Assembly (NCBI GenBank): GCA_948466335.1 | Contig: CAOKAE010000006.1 | Span: 11,171 to 75,170 of the forward strand | DNA length: 64,000 nt | Source of the DNA: an uncultured Coriobacteriia bacterium | GTDB taxonomy: Bacteria; Actinomycetota; Coriobacteriia; Coriobacteriales; QAMH01 | Reading direction: 5' to 3' | Part shown: positions 36,829 to 46,054 of the stretch, piece by piece | How positions within the stretch are numbered: position 1 is the first letter of the stretch | How the letters are laid out: each line of letters opens with the position of its first letter | Made by a program: the position numbers and the translations under genes | Notes under the pieces: model-generated | The model's database searches: none | What the model was told of the DNA's origin: nothing | What the model saw: only the letters and a program-made list of their open reading frames with translations

Positions 36829-37054
36829 GGCGTGTCCCTAGTGCGTGTGTTCTTCATTAGTACGGTGTTTAAGCTTTCAGCGAGAGGATTATAAACCATA
36901 GGACACATGAGATTGACTAGGATTGCAGAAATAAGTGACTAGAAAATATAACGTTTTTGTGCATCAATTTATCTTAGTCAATTGAGGGATATATGTCGGT
37001 TGTACATATCCCTCCCATTTCAAGCTCCAAGCCCATCGTACGCTCGATATTAGA

Positions 37055-38767
37055 CTAGTCCAAAAGCTTCTGGGCGGCTTCAGAAAGCTCCGAAAGAAGC
37101 TGTTCTGCCTGCTCACGGGTATTTGCTTTACTAAAGACATAGGCCTTTATCTTTGGCTCGGTTCCACTGGGACGTATGATGATACGCACCCCGTCGCCCA
37201 AATCGAAGGAGATGACGTTTGCCTCTGGCAAGGTCTGATGTTCGTCAGGATTTCCGTTTATCTTGGTCATGGGAGCGCCTTCCGCATAGTCCAAGATACT
37301 CGCCACGGATAAACCGGCGATAACTTGTGGAGGATTTGTGCGCAGACCCTCCATGATCGCCCCCATCTTCTCCGCTCCCGAGCTTCCGGGATAGGACACG
37401 TTGAGGGTCTTGTTGAGGTAGTAACCGTATCGCTCGTAAAGGGACTCCATGGCCTCGACCAAATCGACGCCCTCATCCTTGTACATTTGCGCCATCTCGC
37501 ATATGAGCATGGAGGCGCTGATGGCGTCCTTGTCACGCACGTACGTGCCCGACATGTAGCCGTAGGACTCCTCGAAACCGAACATGAACTCGTCGGCGCG
37601 TTCGTCTCCCAGCAACGCGATCTGCCCGCCAATGTACTTGAAGCCGGTCAGCACGCGCCTGAGCTCGAACCCGTAATAGGCCGCCTGCGCATCGGGCATG
37701 AGTGTCGAGACGATCGTCGTGACGACGAGCTTCGAGGAGAGGTCCACTCCCCGCTCGCCCAGACGCCTCGCGATGTAGTCGACGAGCAGAACGCCGACCT
37801 CGTTACCGGTCAAGAGCTCATATGCGCCATCGTGCAGGACGGCGATGCCCACACGGTCGGCATCCGGGTCGGTGGCGAGCAGGATGTCGGGCTTGACGCG
37901 CTCGCAGAGCTTGAGGCCGAGCTCGAGCGCGGCACGATCTTCCGGATTGGGGTACGGGCACGTCGTGAAGTTGCCGTCCGGATACCGCTGCTCCTCCACG
38001 ACAGACAGGTCCTCGAGGCCGATGCGCTCCAGTATTCGCGTCACGCATTCGAGACCGGTGCCGTTGAGCGGCGTATACACGACACGAAGTCCGTCTTTGA
38101 CCTTTTCGCCGTCCGGCCTGACGGACTGCGCGGCCACCTCGTCGAGAAAGCGCTCGATGACGTCATCGTCGACCCACCTGATCAGTCCCGAGGCCAGGGC
38201 TTCGTCGAAGTCGACATGCTTGACGTCATCGAAGAAGTCGAGGCCGTCGATATTTGCCTGGATTTCGACCGCCGCCTGCGAGGCAATCTGGCAGCCGTCC
38301 TCGCCATAGACCTTGTAGCCATTGTAGGCAGCCGGATTATGGCTTGCCGTCACGTTGATGCCGGCGCTGCATCGCAAGTCGCGCACCGTGAACGAGAGCA
38401 CGGGCGTGGGTTGAATCGCACGATACACGTGGGCGACGACACCATTGGCCGCGAGCACGCTGGCAGCGGCACGCACGAACTCATCACCCTTGTTGCGGCT
38501 GTCGCGCGCGATGGCGACACTGGGATTCTCGTAATGCGCGTTAAGGTAATCGGCAAGCCCCTGCGTCGCCTTGCCGACGGTATGGACGTTCATGCGGTTG
38601 GGCCCAAGGCCGATGATGCCGCGCAAGCCCGCCGTGCCGAAGGAAAGCTCGCGATAGAACGCGTCATGAAGTTCCTCGATTGACTCTGCCTGCTCGCGCA
38701 ATTGCTCGGCTTCCTGCGCCGACACGTGCTCGAGCCACTGTTCGTACTGCTCTTTCTCGGTACTCAT
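37055..38767 (-). CDS. phospho-sugar mutase (phosphoglucomutase/phosphomannomutase family)
   Basis: FGTAGLRG, active-site TASHNPAAYNGYK, DPDADR and GFEESYGY. The ATG at 38767 is the first start not overlapping the upstream gene. Confidence 0.9.
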   Translation of the reverse strand: MSTEKEQYEQWLEHVSAQEAEQLREQAESIEELHDAFYRELSFGTAGLRGIIGLGPNRMNVHTVGKATQGLADYLNAHYENPSVAIARDSRNKGDEFVRAAASVLAANGVVAHVYRAIQPTPVLSFTVRDLRCSAGINVTASHNPAAYNGYKVYGEDGCQIASQAAVEIQANIDGLDFFDDVKHVDFDEALASGLIRWVDDDVIERFLDEVAAQSVRPDGEKVKDGLRVVYTPLNGTGLECVTRILERIGLEDLSVVEEQRYPDGNFTTCPYPNPEDRAALELGLKLCERVKPDILLATDPDADRVGIAVLHDGAYELLTGNEVGVLLVDYIARRLGERGVDLSSKLVVTTIVSTLMPDAQAAYYGFELRRVLTGFKYIGGQIALLGDERADEFMFGFEESYGYMSGTYVRDKDAISASMLICEMAQMYKDEGVDLVEAMESLYERYGYYLNKTLNVSYPGSSGAEKMGAIMEGLRTNPPQVIAGLSVASILDYAEGAPMTKINGNPDEHQTLPEANVISFDLGDGVRIIIRPSGTEPKIKAYVFSKANTREQAEQLLSELSEAAQKLLD

Positions 38768-38771
38768 GGAA

Positions 38772-39854
38772 CTACAGCTCCTTGTCGAAGGGGAACTTGA
38801 CGGTAACGGCGTCCTTGCCAACGCGAATTATAGGCTCCTCGGCGAGCTCTATGTAGTAGCGATCCGACATCGTGGCAAAGGCTTCCTCGAGCGCACGGGA
38901 GAACGCCGAGAGGTCGTCTGCAGAGATCTTGAGACCGCGACGGTCCTTGTACAGGTCGACCTCGCGTGCCTGTGGCCGATCGTCATGGCCATGGTCGACG
39001 AGCTGGTCGAGCAATGGCACGAGCGGCTCAATCTGACCCGACAGGATGCGATGGGCGGTACGTTCCGACATCTCGAGACCGAGGTTCCCGCATGCCGTGG
39101 CGAGCTCCGCGGCATCTCCCGCGACGGCCGGTCGCAACACGACGGGCAGCTTCCCGATGTCATCGCAGAAGAGCAGCTGCACGTCCGTGAGGCGCACAGC
39201 ACCACGATTGACGAGCGTTGTCGCTATTTCGGCGGGAGAGCCGACGAAGACGTCGACCGATCCCATGACGTCCAGCGCGAACTCGGTCACGGTACGGTTG
39301 ACGTTATGGGGTCCCGAGGTAACGACGGGATTTCCCTCCTCGTCGCGTCCGATGACGGGCAGGGAGGACTGGTCCGTCCTCTCGCCAAGCGCGTCGAGAT
39401 CCACGCGAATGGCAAGGGATGAGCCCATGGAGGGAGCCGACGTGCACACCCTGGCATCGTCTGCGTTTGACCTGATCGAATACAGCGCCATGCCACGACC
39501 GTGGACGCCCCAGTTATCCATGACCATGGTCTCGAGCTTGGAGGTGACGCGCGGCTCGAAGATGCGGTCATGCATCTCGTTCGGTATGCCGTCGCCGTCA
39601 TCGATGAAGACCAGGGTCTTGAGACTGCCCTCGCGGCTCACGGCAAGGTATATGCTTTTCGCATGAGCGTCGCGTGCGTTTCTGAGCATCTCGATGACGA
39701 CGTCCTCGACGCAGCGTATATCATGCTTTGCCTGGCGGCGTTCGGCCTCGGCAGTCTTGAGGCGCACGAACCCATCACCGAGGTTCTCCTCGATGGCAAG
39801 GTGGTCATCTCCCGAGACGGAAGCTATGAAGCCGAGCAGGTCATCATCTGGCAT
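38772..39854 (-). CDS. orphan GHKL (histidine-kinase-like) ATPase-domain protein, no TM/HisKA/receiver
   Basis: N box EMLRNARDAH, G1 box DDGDGIP, DRIFEPRVTSK, and a G2-like GVHGRGMALYSI. The C-terminal ~170 aa has no motif I recognise. The ATG at 39854 follows GGAGG. Confidence 0.7.
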   Translation of the reverse strand: MPDDDLLGFIASVSGDDHLAIEENLGDGFVRLKTAEAERRQAKHDIRCVEDVVIEMLRNARDAHAKSIYLAVSREGSLKTLVFIDDGDGIPNEMHDRIFEPRVTSKLETMVMDNWGVHGRGMALYSIRSNADDARVCTSAPSMGSSLAIRVDLDALGERTDQSSLPVIGRDEEGNPVVTSGPHNVNRTVTEFALDVMGSVDVFVGSPAEIATTLVNRGAVRLTDVQLLFCDDIGKLPVVLRPAVAGDAAELATACGNLGLEMSERTAHRILSGQIEPLVPLLDQLVDHGHDDRPQAREVDLYKDRRGLKISADDLSAFSRALEEAFATMSDRYYIELAEEPIIRVGKDAVTVKFPFDKEL

Positions 39855-39871
39855 GGGGCCTCCATATACAT

Positions 39872-39905
39872 GATGGACCATGAAGCACATGCTCCATGGT
39901 CCATC
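39872..39905 (-). other. near-perfect palindromic hairpin between rny and the GHKL gene
   Basis: GATGGACCATG-a-AGC-ACAT-GCT-c-CATGGTCCATC. 11+3 bp stem, 4-nt loop, no U-run. Confidence 0.5.
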
Positions 39906-39928
39906 CTAACTACAAGCATGTCCGTGCG

Positions 39929-41479
39929 TTACTTGGCGAGGGCTTCGGAGCGGGACTCGCGGATGACGACGACGTGAATCTGGCCGGGATATTGCATCTC
40001 GTCCTCGATTTGCTTGGCGATGTCATGGGCGAGCACGGTCGACTTGGCGTCATCGATGGAATCGGGCTGCACCATGACACGGACCTCGCGGCCCGCCTGC
40101 ATGGCGTAGGTGCGCTCGACACCCTCGTGGGAATTGGCGATTTCCTCGAGCTTCTCGAGGCGCTTGATGTAATTCTCGTAGCTCTCTCGACGGGCACCCG
40201 GACGGGCGGCGCTCACTGCATCGGCCGCTTGGATGATGACGGCGAGGACGGTGGAGGGCTCGACGTCGGCATGGTGTGCCTCGATCGCATGGACGATGGC
40301 GGGGTTCTCGCCGTAGCGGCGGGCAAGATCGGCGCCGATGACGGCGTGAGAGCCCTCGACCTCATGGTCGACGGCCTTGCCGAGGTCATGCAGCAATCCG
40401 GCGCGCTTGGCGGTGATCGGATCGAGGCCGAGCTCGCTTGCGATGGCTCCGGAGAGCGTCGCGACCTCGAGCGAATGCTGGAGGACGTTTTGCCCATAGG
40501 AGGTACGGTATTTGAGGCGTCCCAGCGTCTTCACGATGTCGGGATGCAGGTCATGGATGCCCATGTCGAAGGTGGCCTGCTCTCCGGCCTCCTGAACCTG
40601 CTGGTCCACGTAGCGCGTGGCCTTCTCGAACATCTCCTCGACGCGGGCCGGATGGATGCGGCCGTCGGCTATGAGGTTCTCGAGCGTGATGCGCGCGGTC
40701 TCGCGACGCACCGGATCGAAGCAGGAAAGCGTGACCGTCTCGGGCGTGTCGTCGATGATGAGGTTGACGCCCGTGATTTGCTCGAAGGAGCGGATGTTGC
40801 GTCCCTCGCGACCGATGATGCGGCCCTTGATGTCATCGGAGGGAATCTGTACGGAGGTGACGGTGCGCTCGGCCGTGTAATCGGCTGCCATGCGCTGGAT
40901 GGCGACGGAGAGGATTTCGCGCGACTTGCGGTTTGCCTCCGCCTTGGTACGCGATTCGATGTCGCGAATGATGCCGGCGGCCTCGGCCGTGCAGTCCTCG
41001 CGAATCTCGTCGAGGACGATGTCACGGGCCTCGTCCTTGGTCAGGGAGGCGATGTCGAGTAGACGGCGATCGGCTTCCTCGAGCTTCGTCTCGAGCTTCT
41101 TGTTCAGACTCTCGGTACGAGATTGCAGGCTGTTGAGCTGCTGCTCGCGCTTGTCAAGCCCGGAGCTGCGCTTGTCGAGGGAGTTCTCGCGCTGCTCGAG
41201 ACGGTCGGAGCGGGCCTGGATGTCCTTGGACTGCTGACGGACCTCCTCGGTCTGCCTGCGGGCCTCCTCCTCGGCCTGCTGCTTGATTTTGAGTGCCTCG
41301 TCCTTGGCCTCGATGGTGGCTTCGCGTCGAATGCTCTCAGCCGATTTCTCGGCATCGGCGAGCTTGCGCTCGGCTTCCGCGGAGGCGTTCTTGGCGCTGT
41401 TGCCCGAAATGACGCGAGACACCACGAAACCCACGGCGAGGCAGATGATTGCGACGACCACGGTGATGGCGATTTCCAT
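39929..41479 (-). CDS. rny: ribonuclease Y
   Basis: N-terminal TM helix ([20 protein letters not shown]), a long coiled coil, a KH domain ([12 protein letters not shown]), and an HD domain (HSLEVA...LLHDLGKA). ATG at 41479. Confidence 0.93.
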   Translation of the reverse strand: MEIAITVVVAIICLAVGFVVSRVISGNSAKNASAEAERKLADAEKSAESIRREATIEAKDEALKIKQQAEEEARRQTEEVRQQSKDIQARSDRLEQRENSLDKRSSGLDKREQQLNSLQSRTESLNKKLETKLEEADRRLLDIASLTKDEARDIVLDEIREDCTAEAAGIIRDIESRTKAEANRKSREILSVAIQRMAADYTAERTVTSVQIPSDDIKGRIIGREGRNIRSFEQITGVNLIIDDTPETVTLSCFDPVRRETARITLENLIADGRIHPARVEEMFEKATRYVDQQVQEAGEQATFDMGIHDLHPDIVKTLGRLKYRTSYGQNVLQHSLEVATLSGAIASELGLDPITAKRAGLLHDLGKAVDHEVEGSHAVIGADLARRYGENPAIVHAIEAHHADVEPSTVLAVIIQAADAVSAARPGARRESYENYIKRLEKLEEIANSHEGVERTYAMQAGREVRVMVQPDSIDDAKSTVLAHDIAKQIEDEMQYPGQIHVVVIRESRSEALAK

Positions 41480-41530
41480 TTTTGCTGGTACCTTTCCTAT
41501 ATCATGTAAGCATGTTCTGGATGCACCGGC

Positions 41531-41556
41531 AAAAAAGATGCCGGACGCATCCGGCA
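41531..41556 (-). terminator. intrinsic terminator 52 nt upstream of rny and 216 nt downstream of recX
   Basis: Minus-strand RNA reads UGCCGGA-UGCG-UCCGGCA followed by UCUUUUUU. Confidence 0.65.
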
Positions 41557-41772
41557 CTCATCGCAATCTACGTACGAATGACCCGGCCCTGTGCCGGGAA
41601 AACGCGATATAGACTTTGCAACCCGCATATATGACTCGCATACATGCGAGGGATAAATGAATGCACCCTCTATCCTAGCACATGAGGGCGGCAGCGAAGG
41701 CTTCATCTTCGTGCAATACCCGTATCGGCACGATGTCGGGAAGAGCGGATGACGAGTTGAAGACCATGCATC

Positions 41773-42228
41773 CTAGGCGGAGAGAAAGTCGCGTACGACG
41801 CGCGTGGAAAGTTCGTAGGAGAAGCCCCTACCCATGAGGCGGCGCATGTACGTCGCGTAGGGATTTTTGGAATGTGCCTGGCGCTTGGAGAGCTCGGCCA
41901 TGGCCACGCGATATTCCTCATCGGTCGAGCTGAATTCGTCGGCACAGCGGGCGATGGTTTCCTCGTCGACGCCGTTTGCGACAAGGCGCTGGGTGATCTT
42001 GACCCTTCCCCATCCCGAATGGACCTTACCGCGAATGAAGGCGCGCGCGTAGCGTTCCTCGTTGATGAGATTGACGCGCAGGGCGGTTTCGACGGCGTCG
42101 TCGACCTCTTCGGAAGTGAAGCCGCAGGAGGCAAGACGCTGCCTTGCCTCCTTGGCGGTGCGTTCGCGCACGGCGATGAGCGAGTTTATCTTCTCCATCG
42201 CCTCGCGATGTCTTTGGGGCGTGACCAT
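41773..42228 (-). CDS. recX: recombination regulator RecX
   Basis: 151 aa of three-helix repeats (RYARAFIRGK..GWG...I.QRL...GV). Located 12 nt after recA. The start could instead be ATG 42198. Confidence 0.85.
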   Translation of the reverse strand: MVTPQRHREAMEKINSLIAVRERTAKEARQRLASCGFTSEEVDDAVETALRVNLINEERYARAFIRGKVHSGWGRVKITQRLVANGVDEETIARCADEFSSTDEEYRVAMAELSKRQAHSKNPYATYMRRLMGRGFSYELSTRVVRDFLSA

Positions 42229-42240
42229 GGCGGAAACCGC

Positions 42241-43374
42241 TTACTCGGCAGCCGAGCCTTCGGTTACCGCGGAATCGACGAGGTTTTCCGAGCCGCTGAA
42301 GCCGCCCGGAACGTCGACGAGCGTGAAGGCGTCGTCATCGTCGTATTCGACGGGCAGGCCTGTGGCGGCGCGCACCTTGTTCTCAACCTCGTGGCGCAGC
42401 TCTGGGCTTTCCACCAGGGCGTTCTTCGCCGCTTCGCGACCTTGTCCCAGGCGCTCGTCACCGTAGGTATACCAAGAACCGGACTTGGTGACTATTTTCT
42501 CGTCCACGGCCATGTCGAGGATGTTGCCCTCACGCGAGATGCCCGTGCCGTACATGATGTCGAACTCGGCCTGCCTGAAAGGCGCGGAGCACTTGTTCTT
42601 GACTACCTTGACGCGCACGCGATTGCCCACGGCGCCGCCATCGACCTTGATGGTCTCGATGCGCCTGATGTCGAGGCGCACGGACGAGAAGAACTTGAGC
42701 GCGCGACCGCCCGTGGTGGTCTCCGGGCTGCCGAACATGACGCCGATCTTCTCGCGCAGCTGGTTGATGAAGATGCAGCAGGTATTTGACTTGGAGAGCG
42801 ATCCGGCCAGCTTGCGCAGGGCTTGGCTCATGAGTCGCGCCTGCAGGCCGACGCTGGCATCGCCGATCTCTCCCTCGATCTCTGCACGGGGGACGAGTGC
42901 GGCGACGGAGTCGATGACGATGCAGGACACGGCATTGGAGCGCACGAGCATGTCGCAGATCTCGAGTGCCTGCTCGCCCGTATCTGGTTGGGAGATGAGG
43001 AGCTCGTCGATGTCGACGCCGATCTTGGCGGCGTAGACGGGATCGAGGGCATGCTCGGCGTCGATGAAGGCCGCGACGCCGCCGAGCGCCTGGGCCTCTG
43101 CGACGATCTGCAGCGAGAGCGTGGTCTTGCCACTTGACTCCGGCCCGTAGATCTCGACGATGCGGCCGCGCGGCACGCCGCCGATGCCGAGGGCTGCGTC
43201 GAGCGCGAGGGCGCCCGTGGGGATGACCTCGACGTCAAGCGCCGAATCCTCATCGCCGAGGCGCATGATGGAGCCATCGCCGTACTTCTTCCTGATTTGC
43301 TCCTTGGTAATCTTGAGCGCCTCTTCCTTGGAGGCGTCCGAGGGAATCTTTGCCTTGCTTGCTGTGCGGGCCAT
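42241..43374 (-). CDS. recA: recombinase RecA
   Basis: [10 protein letters not shown]...[36 protein letters not shown]. The ATG at 43374 lies downstream of the promoter/SOS box. The track ORF extension to 44007 is Arg/Gly-rich noise overlapping cinA. About 30-aa acidic C-terminal tail. Confidence 0.95.
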   Translation of the reverse strand: MARTASKAKIPSDASKEEALKITKEQIRKKYGDGSIMRLGDEDSALDVEVIPTGALALDAALGIGGVPRGRIVEIYGPESSGKTTLSLQIVAEAQALGGVAAFIDAEHALDPVYAAKIGVDIDELLISQPDTGEQALEICDMLVRSNAVSCIVIDSVAALVPRAEIEGEIGDASVGLQARLMSQALRKLAGSLSKSNTCCIFINQLREKIGVMFGSPETTTGGRALKFFSSVRLDIRRIETIKVDGGAVGNRVRVKVVKNKCSAPFRQAEFDIMYGTGISREGNILDMAVDEKIVTKSGSWYTYGDERLGQGREAAKNALVESPELRHEVENKVRAATGLPVEYDDDDAFTLVDVPGGFSGSENLVDSAVTEGSAAE

Positions 43375-43419
43375 AGGTCGAGCTCCGTTCCTCTTCTGCA
43401 TATGCACCACTTTGCGCAT

Positions 43420-43448
43420 ATGGTAATCGAACATATGTACGGTGTCAA
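43420..43448 (-). promoter_or_regulatory. recA promoter
   Basis: On the minus strand: TTGACA - 17 nt - TACCAT. Confidence 0.65.
43428..43440. promoter_or_regulatory. LexA box in recA promoter spacer
   Basis: CGAACATATGTAC (plus-strand reading), with the same CGAACAT.TGT core as the three lexA-region boxes. Confidence 0.75.
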
Positions 43449-43595
43449 CAAAGGGGGCGCCCAAACACCGCGGCATCACTCTAGAACAGCCGTGACCGGG
43501 ACTTCCACCCCGAGAATCTGGATGAAACACGACCCATGTCGGAGCAAGTTCGGGACGAAATGCGAATGAAATCGGATACCCGTAGCGCCACGATG

Positions 43596-44138
43596 CTAGG
43601 AAAGCGCCTCGAGCAAGGCGGTGAGTGCCGTGGTGACGGCCTGGGCACGCACCTCGTCGCGCGAATCCCCCGCGCATCGCATGAAGCCGTCGCAGCCATG
43701 GGGAGTGGCGATGCCGTAGCACACGGTGCCGACCGGCTTTCCCGGCTGTGCGCCCGTCGGACCGGCGATGCCCGTGGTGGCCACGGCGTAATCGCACGAG
43801 AGCACTTCGCGCGCACCCGATGCCATGGCCATGGCCGTCTCGACGCTTACGACGCCATGTTCCCCGATGATATCCGCATCGACGCCGAGCACCGCTTCCT
43901 TGACCTCGACCCAATAGCTTACGATGCCGCCGACGAAGCTCTCCGATGAACCGGGGACGGCCGTGAGCGCGGCCGCGATCATCCCGCCCGTGCAGGATTC
44001 GGCGCACCCAAGTGTGACGCCGTGTTCGCGCGCTCGCTCGAGCACGCGGATGGCGAGCTGGCGGTTTTCCTCGCTGATGCTATCGAGCGCTTCGTTTGCC
44101 AAAGCCAAGCACCTCGCGAGACTTGTAGAAATAGTCAA
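43596..44138 (-). CDS. CinA-family nicotinamide-nucleotide amidohydrolase (PncC domain)
   Basis: [32 protein letters not shown]. The track start is TTG 44138, which overlaps pgsA by 59 nt. The in-frame TTG at 44108 or 44102 is more likely. Confidence 0.85.
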   Translation of the reverse strand: MTISTSLARCLALANEALDSISEENRQLAIRVLERAREHGVTLGCAESCTGGMIAAALTAVPGSSESFVGGIVSYWVEVKEAVLGVDADIIGEHGVVSVETAMAMASGAREVLSCDYAVATTGIAGPTGAQPGKPVGTVCYGIATPHGCDGFMRCAGDSRDEVRAQAVTTALTALLEALS

Positions 44139-44715
44139 CCATGGAGACGATGGTCATGACGACGGCGGCAAGCAGGACGAGCCACGAGAAGATCGTGAAG
44201 CACATCGCGAAACCATCGCCCATGAGCGTGATCTGGAGCGAGTCCTTGACGGTGAAGAGCAAGATGGCGCAAATCTGCAGCACGGTCTTGAACTTGCCGT
44301 ACATGCTCGCGGCAATGACCGTGCCCTGGGCTGCGGCGACCATGCGCAGACCCGACACGATGAACTCGCGGGCGATGATGATGAGCGCCACCCACGACGG
44401 AAAGGCCTGGAGCTCCACGAGCGCGAGCAAGGCGGCGCAGACGAGAATCTTGTCGGCGAGCGGATCGAGGAACTTGCCCAGGTCGGTGATCTCGTCCCTG
44501 CTACGTGCCAGATGCCCGTCGATGGCATCGGTTGCCGAGATGATGATGAAGACGGCAGCGGCGATCCATGGCTGCCAGGCCGCCCAGAACTCGGGCTCGG
44601 GTAGCCAAGAAGGCCACGGTGAGAGCAGCGCCGCGACGAAGACGGGAATGAGCAGGATGCGCATGAGCGTGACGATGTTGGCCGGTGTCCAGATGCGCGC
44701 GGTATCGTCAGACAT
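44080..44715 (-). CDS. pgsA: CDP-diacylglycerol--glycerol-3-phosphate 3-phosphatidyltransferase
   Basis: NIVTLMRILLIPVF and CDP-alcohol motif DAIDGHLAR......GKFLDPLADK. Confidence 0.92.
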   Translation of the reverse strand: MSDDTARIWTPANIVTLMRILLIPVFVAALLSPWPSWLPEPEFWAAWQPWIAAAVFIIISATDAIDGHLARSRDEITDLGKFLDPLADKILVCAALLALVELQAFPSWVALIIIAREFIVSGLRMVAAAQGTVIAASMYGKFKTVLQICAILLFTVKDSLQITLMGDGFAMCFTIFSWLVLLAAVVMTIVSMVDYFYKSREVLGFGKRSAR

Positions 44716-46051
44716 GGTCTACAACCTCTCCCTCGACCTCGTAGAAGAAACTCCCCGTGAGCTCAACCTGCGCAAACTGCCCAATCGCAAGCTCGTCAGC
44801 ACGGGCGACGGGAACGTGCACCTGCCCGTCAACCTCGGGAGCCTGACCTTGCGTGCGGCACAGGGCCTCGAGCCCCGCGTCCGTCTCCTCGTAGCCCTCG
44901 ACAAGCACCGTGGCACGCGTGCCCACAAGCTCGGCGACGCGCGCGGTGCCGATGGCCTCGCAGGCATCGAGCAGGCGCTGGGCGCGCTCCATGCGCTCCT
45001 CCTCGTCGAGCAGGCCATCGAACTCGTAGGCGGCACTCCCCTCTTCGGGTGAGAACGCGAAGACGCCGGCGTAGTCGAATTGCGCCTCGTCCACGAAGTC
45101 AAGCAGCTCCTCGAACTGTTCCTCGGTCTCGCCGGGAAAGCCGGCCATGAGCGTCGTGCGTATCATGACGCCCGGTACGCGCTCGCGCACGCGCTCGATG
45201 AGTGCGAGTATGCTGCGCGCGTCACCGCTGCGGTTCATGCGCGCCAGGACCTCGGCGTTCACATGCTGGAGCGGCATGTCCAAGTACGAGCATACGTTGG
45301 GATACGCGGCCATGACGTCGAGCAGCTCGTCGCTGATGCCTTCGGGCTGCACGTAGAGCAACCTGAACCACGTGTTCGAATAGCGACATGCGAGCGTTTC
45401 GACGAGCTGGGCCGTCGTGGTGGGCTCGTCGAGGTCGCGGCCCCATATGCCCGTGTCCTGGCCGATGAGGACGATCTCACGCACGCCGTTGCACACGAGC
45501 TCGGCGACCTCGTCGTCAATGGCGTCGAGCGAATAGCTGTGGTAGCGGCCGCGTATATGCGGAATCATGCAGTACGAGCAGAAGCGATCGCAGCCATCGG
45601 ATATCTTGACGTAGGCGCTCGTCGGATGCGCATGACGCAGGAGCATCTGCCCGGAGCCCATGGGGGGTTCGTCCATGTCGAGGAGCTGTTCGACCTTTGC
45701 GACGACGAGGTCCTCCTCGCCTGCCGCGAGAAACCCTGCCGCCTCGACGAGCTCGTCTGCCAGGGCATCGCCATAGCGCGAGGGCATGCAACCGGCGACG
45801 AGCACCTTGAGCTCTTCGCCTGCGGCGTTTTCGCGCCCCACGAGGTCGAAGATGACCTCGAGTCCTTCTTCGACGGCACTGGCGAGAAAGGCGCAGGTGT
45901 TGACGATGACGAGATCGGCATCGCTTGCGTCATCGACAAGGGAGAAGCCGGCAGCCACGAGACGCGCCTGCATCTTGTCGGTGTCGACCTCGTTCTTTGC
46001 ACATCCGAGCGTGACGAACGCGATTCGGGGACTACGATCCACGCGTCGCAC
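44708..46051 (-). CDS. rimO: ribosomal protein S12 methylthiotransferase
   Basis: IAFVTLGCAKNEVD, CDRFCSYCMIPHIRG and a C-terminal TRAM domain. GTG start. Confidence 0.88.
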   Translation of the reverse strand: MRRVDRSPRIAFVTLGCAKNEVDTDKMQARLVAAGFSLVDDASDADLVIVNTCAFLASAVEEGLEVIFDLVGRENAAGEELKVLVAGCMPSRYGDALADELVEAAGFLAAGEEDLVVAKVEQLLDMDEPPMGSGQMLLRHAHPTSAYVKISDGCDRFCSYCMIPHIRGRYHSYSLDAIDDEVAELVCNGVREIVLIGQDTGIWGRDLDEPTTTAQLVETLACRYSNTWFRLLYVQPEGISDELLDVMAAYPNVCSYLDMPLQHVNAEVLARMNRSGDARSILALIERVRERVPGVMIRTTLMAGFPGETEEQFEELLDFVDEAQFDYAGVFAFSPEEGSAAYEFDGLLDEEERMERAQRLLDACEAIGTARVAELVGTRATVLVEGYEETDAGLEALCRTQGQAPEVDGQVHVPVARADELAIGQFAQVELTGSFFYEVEGEVVDHV

Positions 46052-46054
46052 GCC

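Noticed and set aside
41497-41706. 69-aa minus-strand ORF in the recX-rny spacer.
   Set aside because: It has no RBS, it spans the terminator hairpin, and its composition is not coding-like. The region is better explained as structured RNA.
43375-44007. N-terminal 210-aa extension of the recA ORF (588 aa). I considered an intein or a fusion.
   Set aside because: RecA is colinear and uninterrupted from ATG 43374. The extension overlaps cinA, is Arg/Gly-rich, and contains the recA promoter and SOS box inside it.
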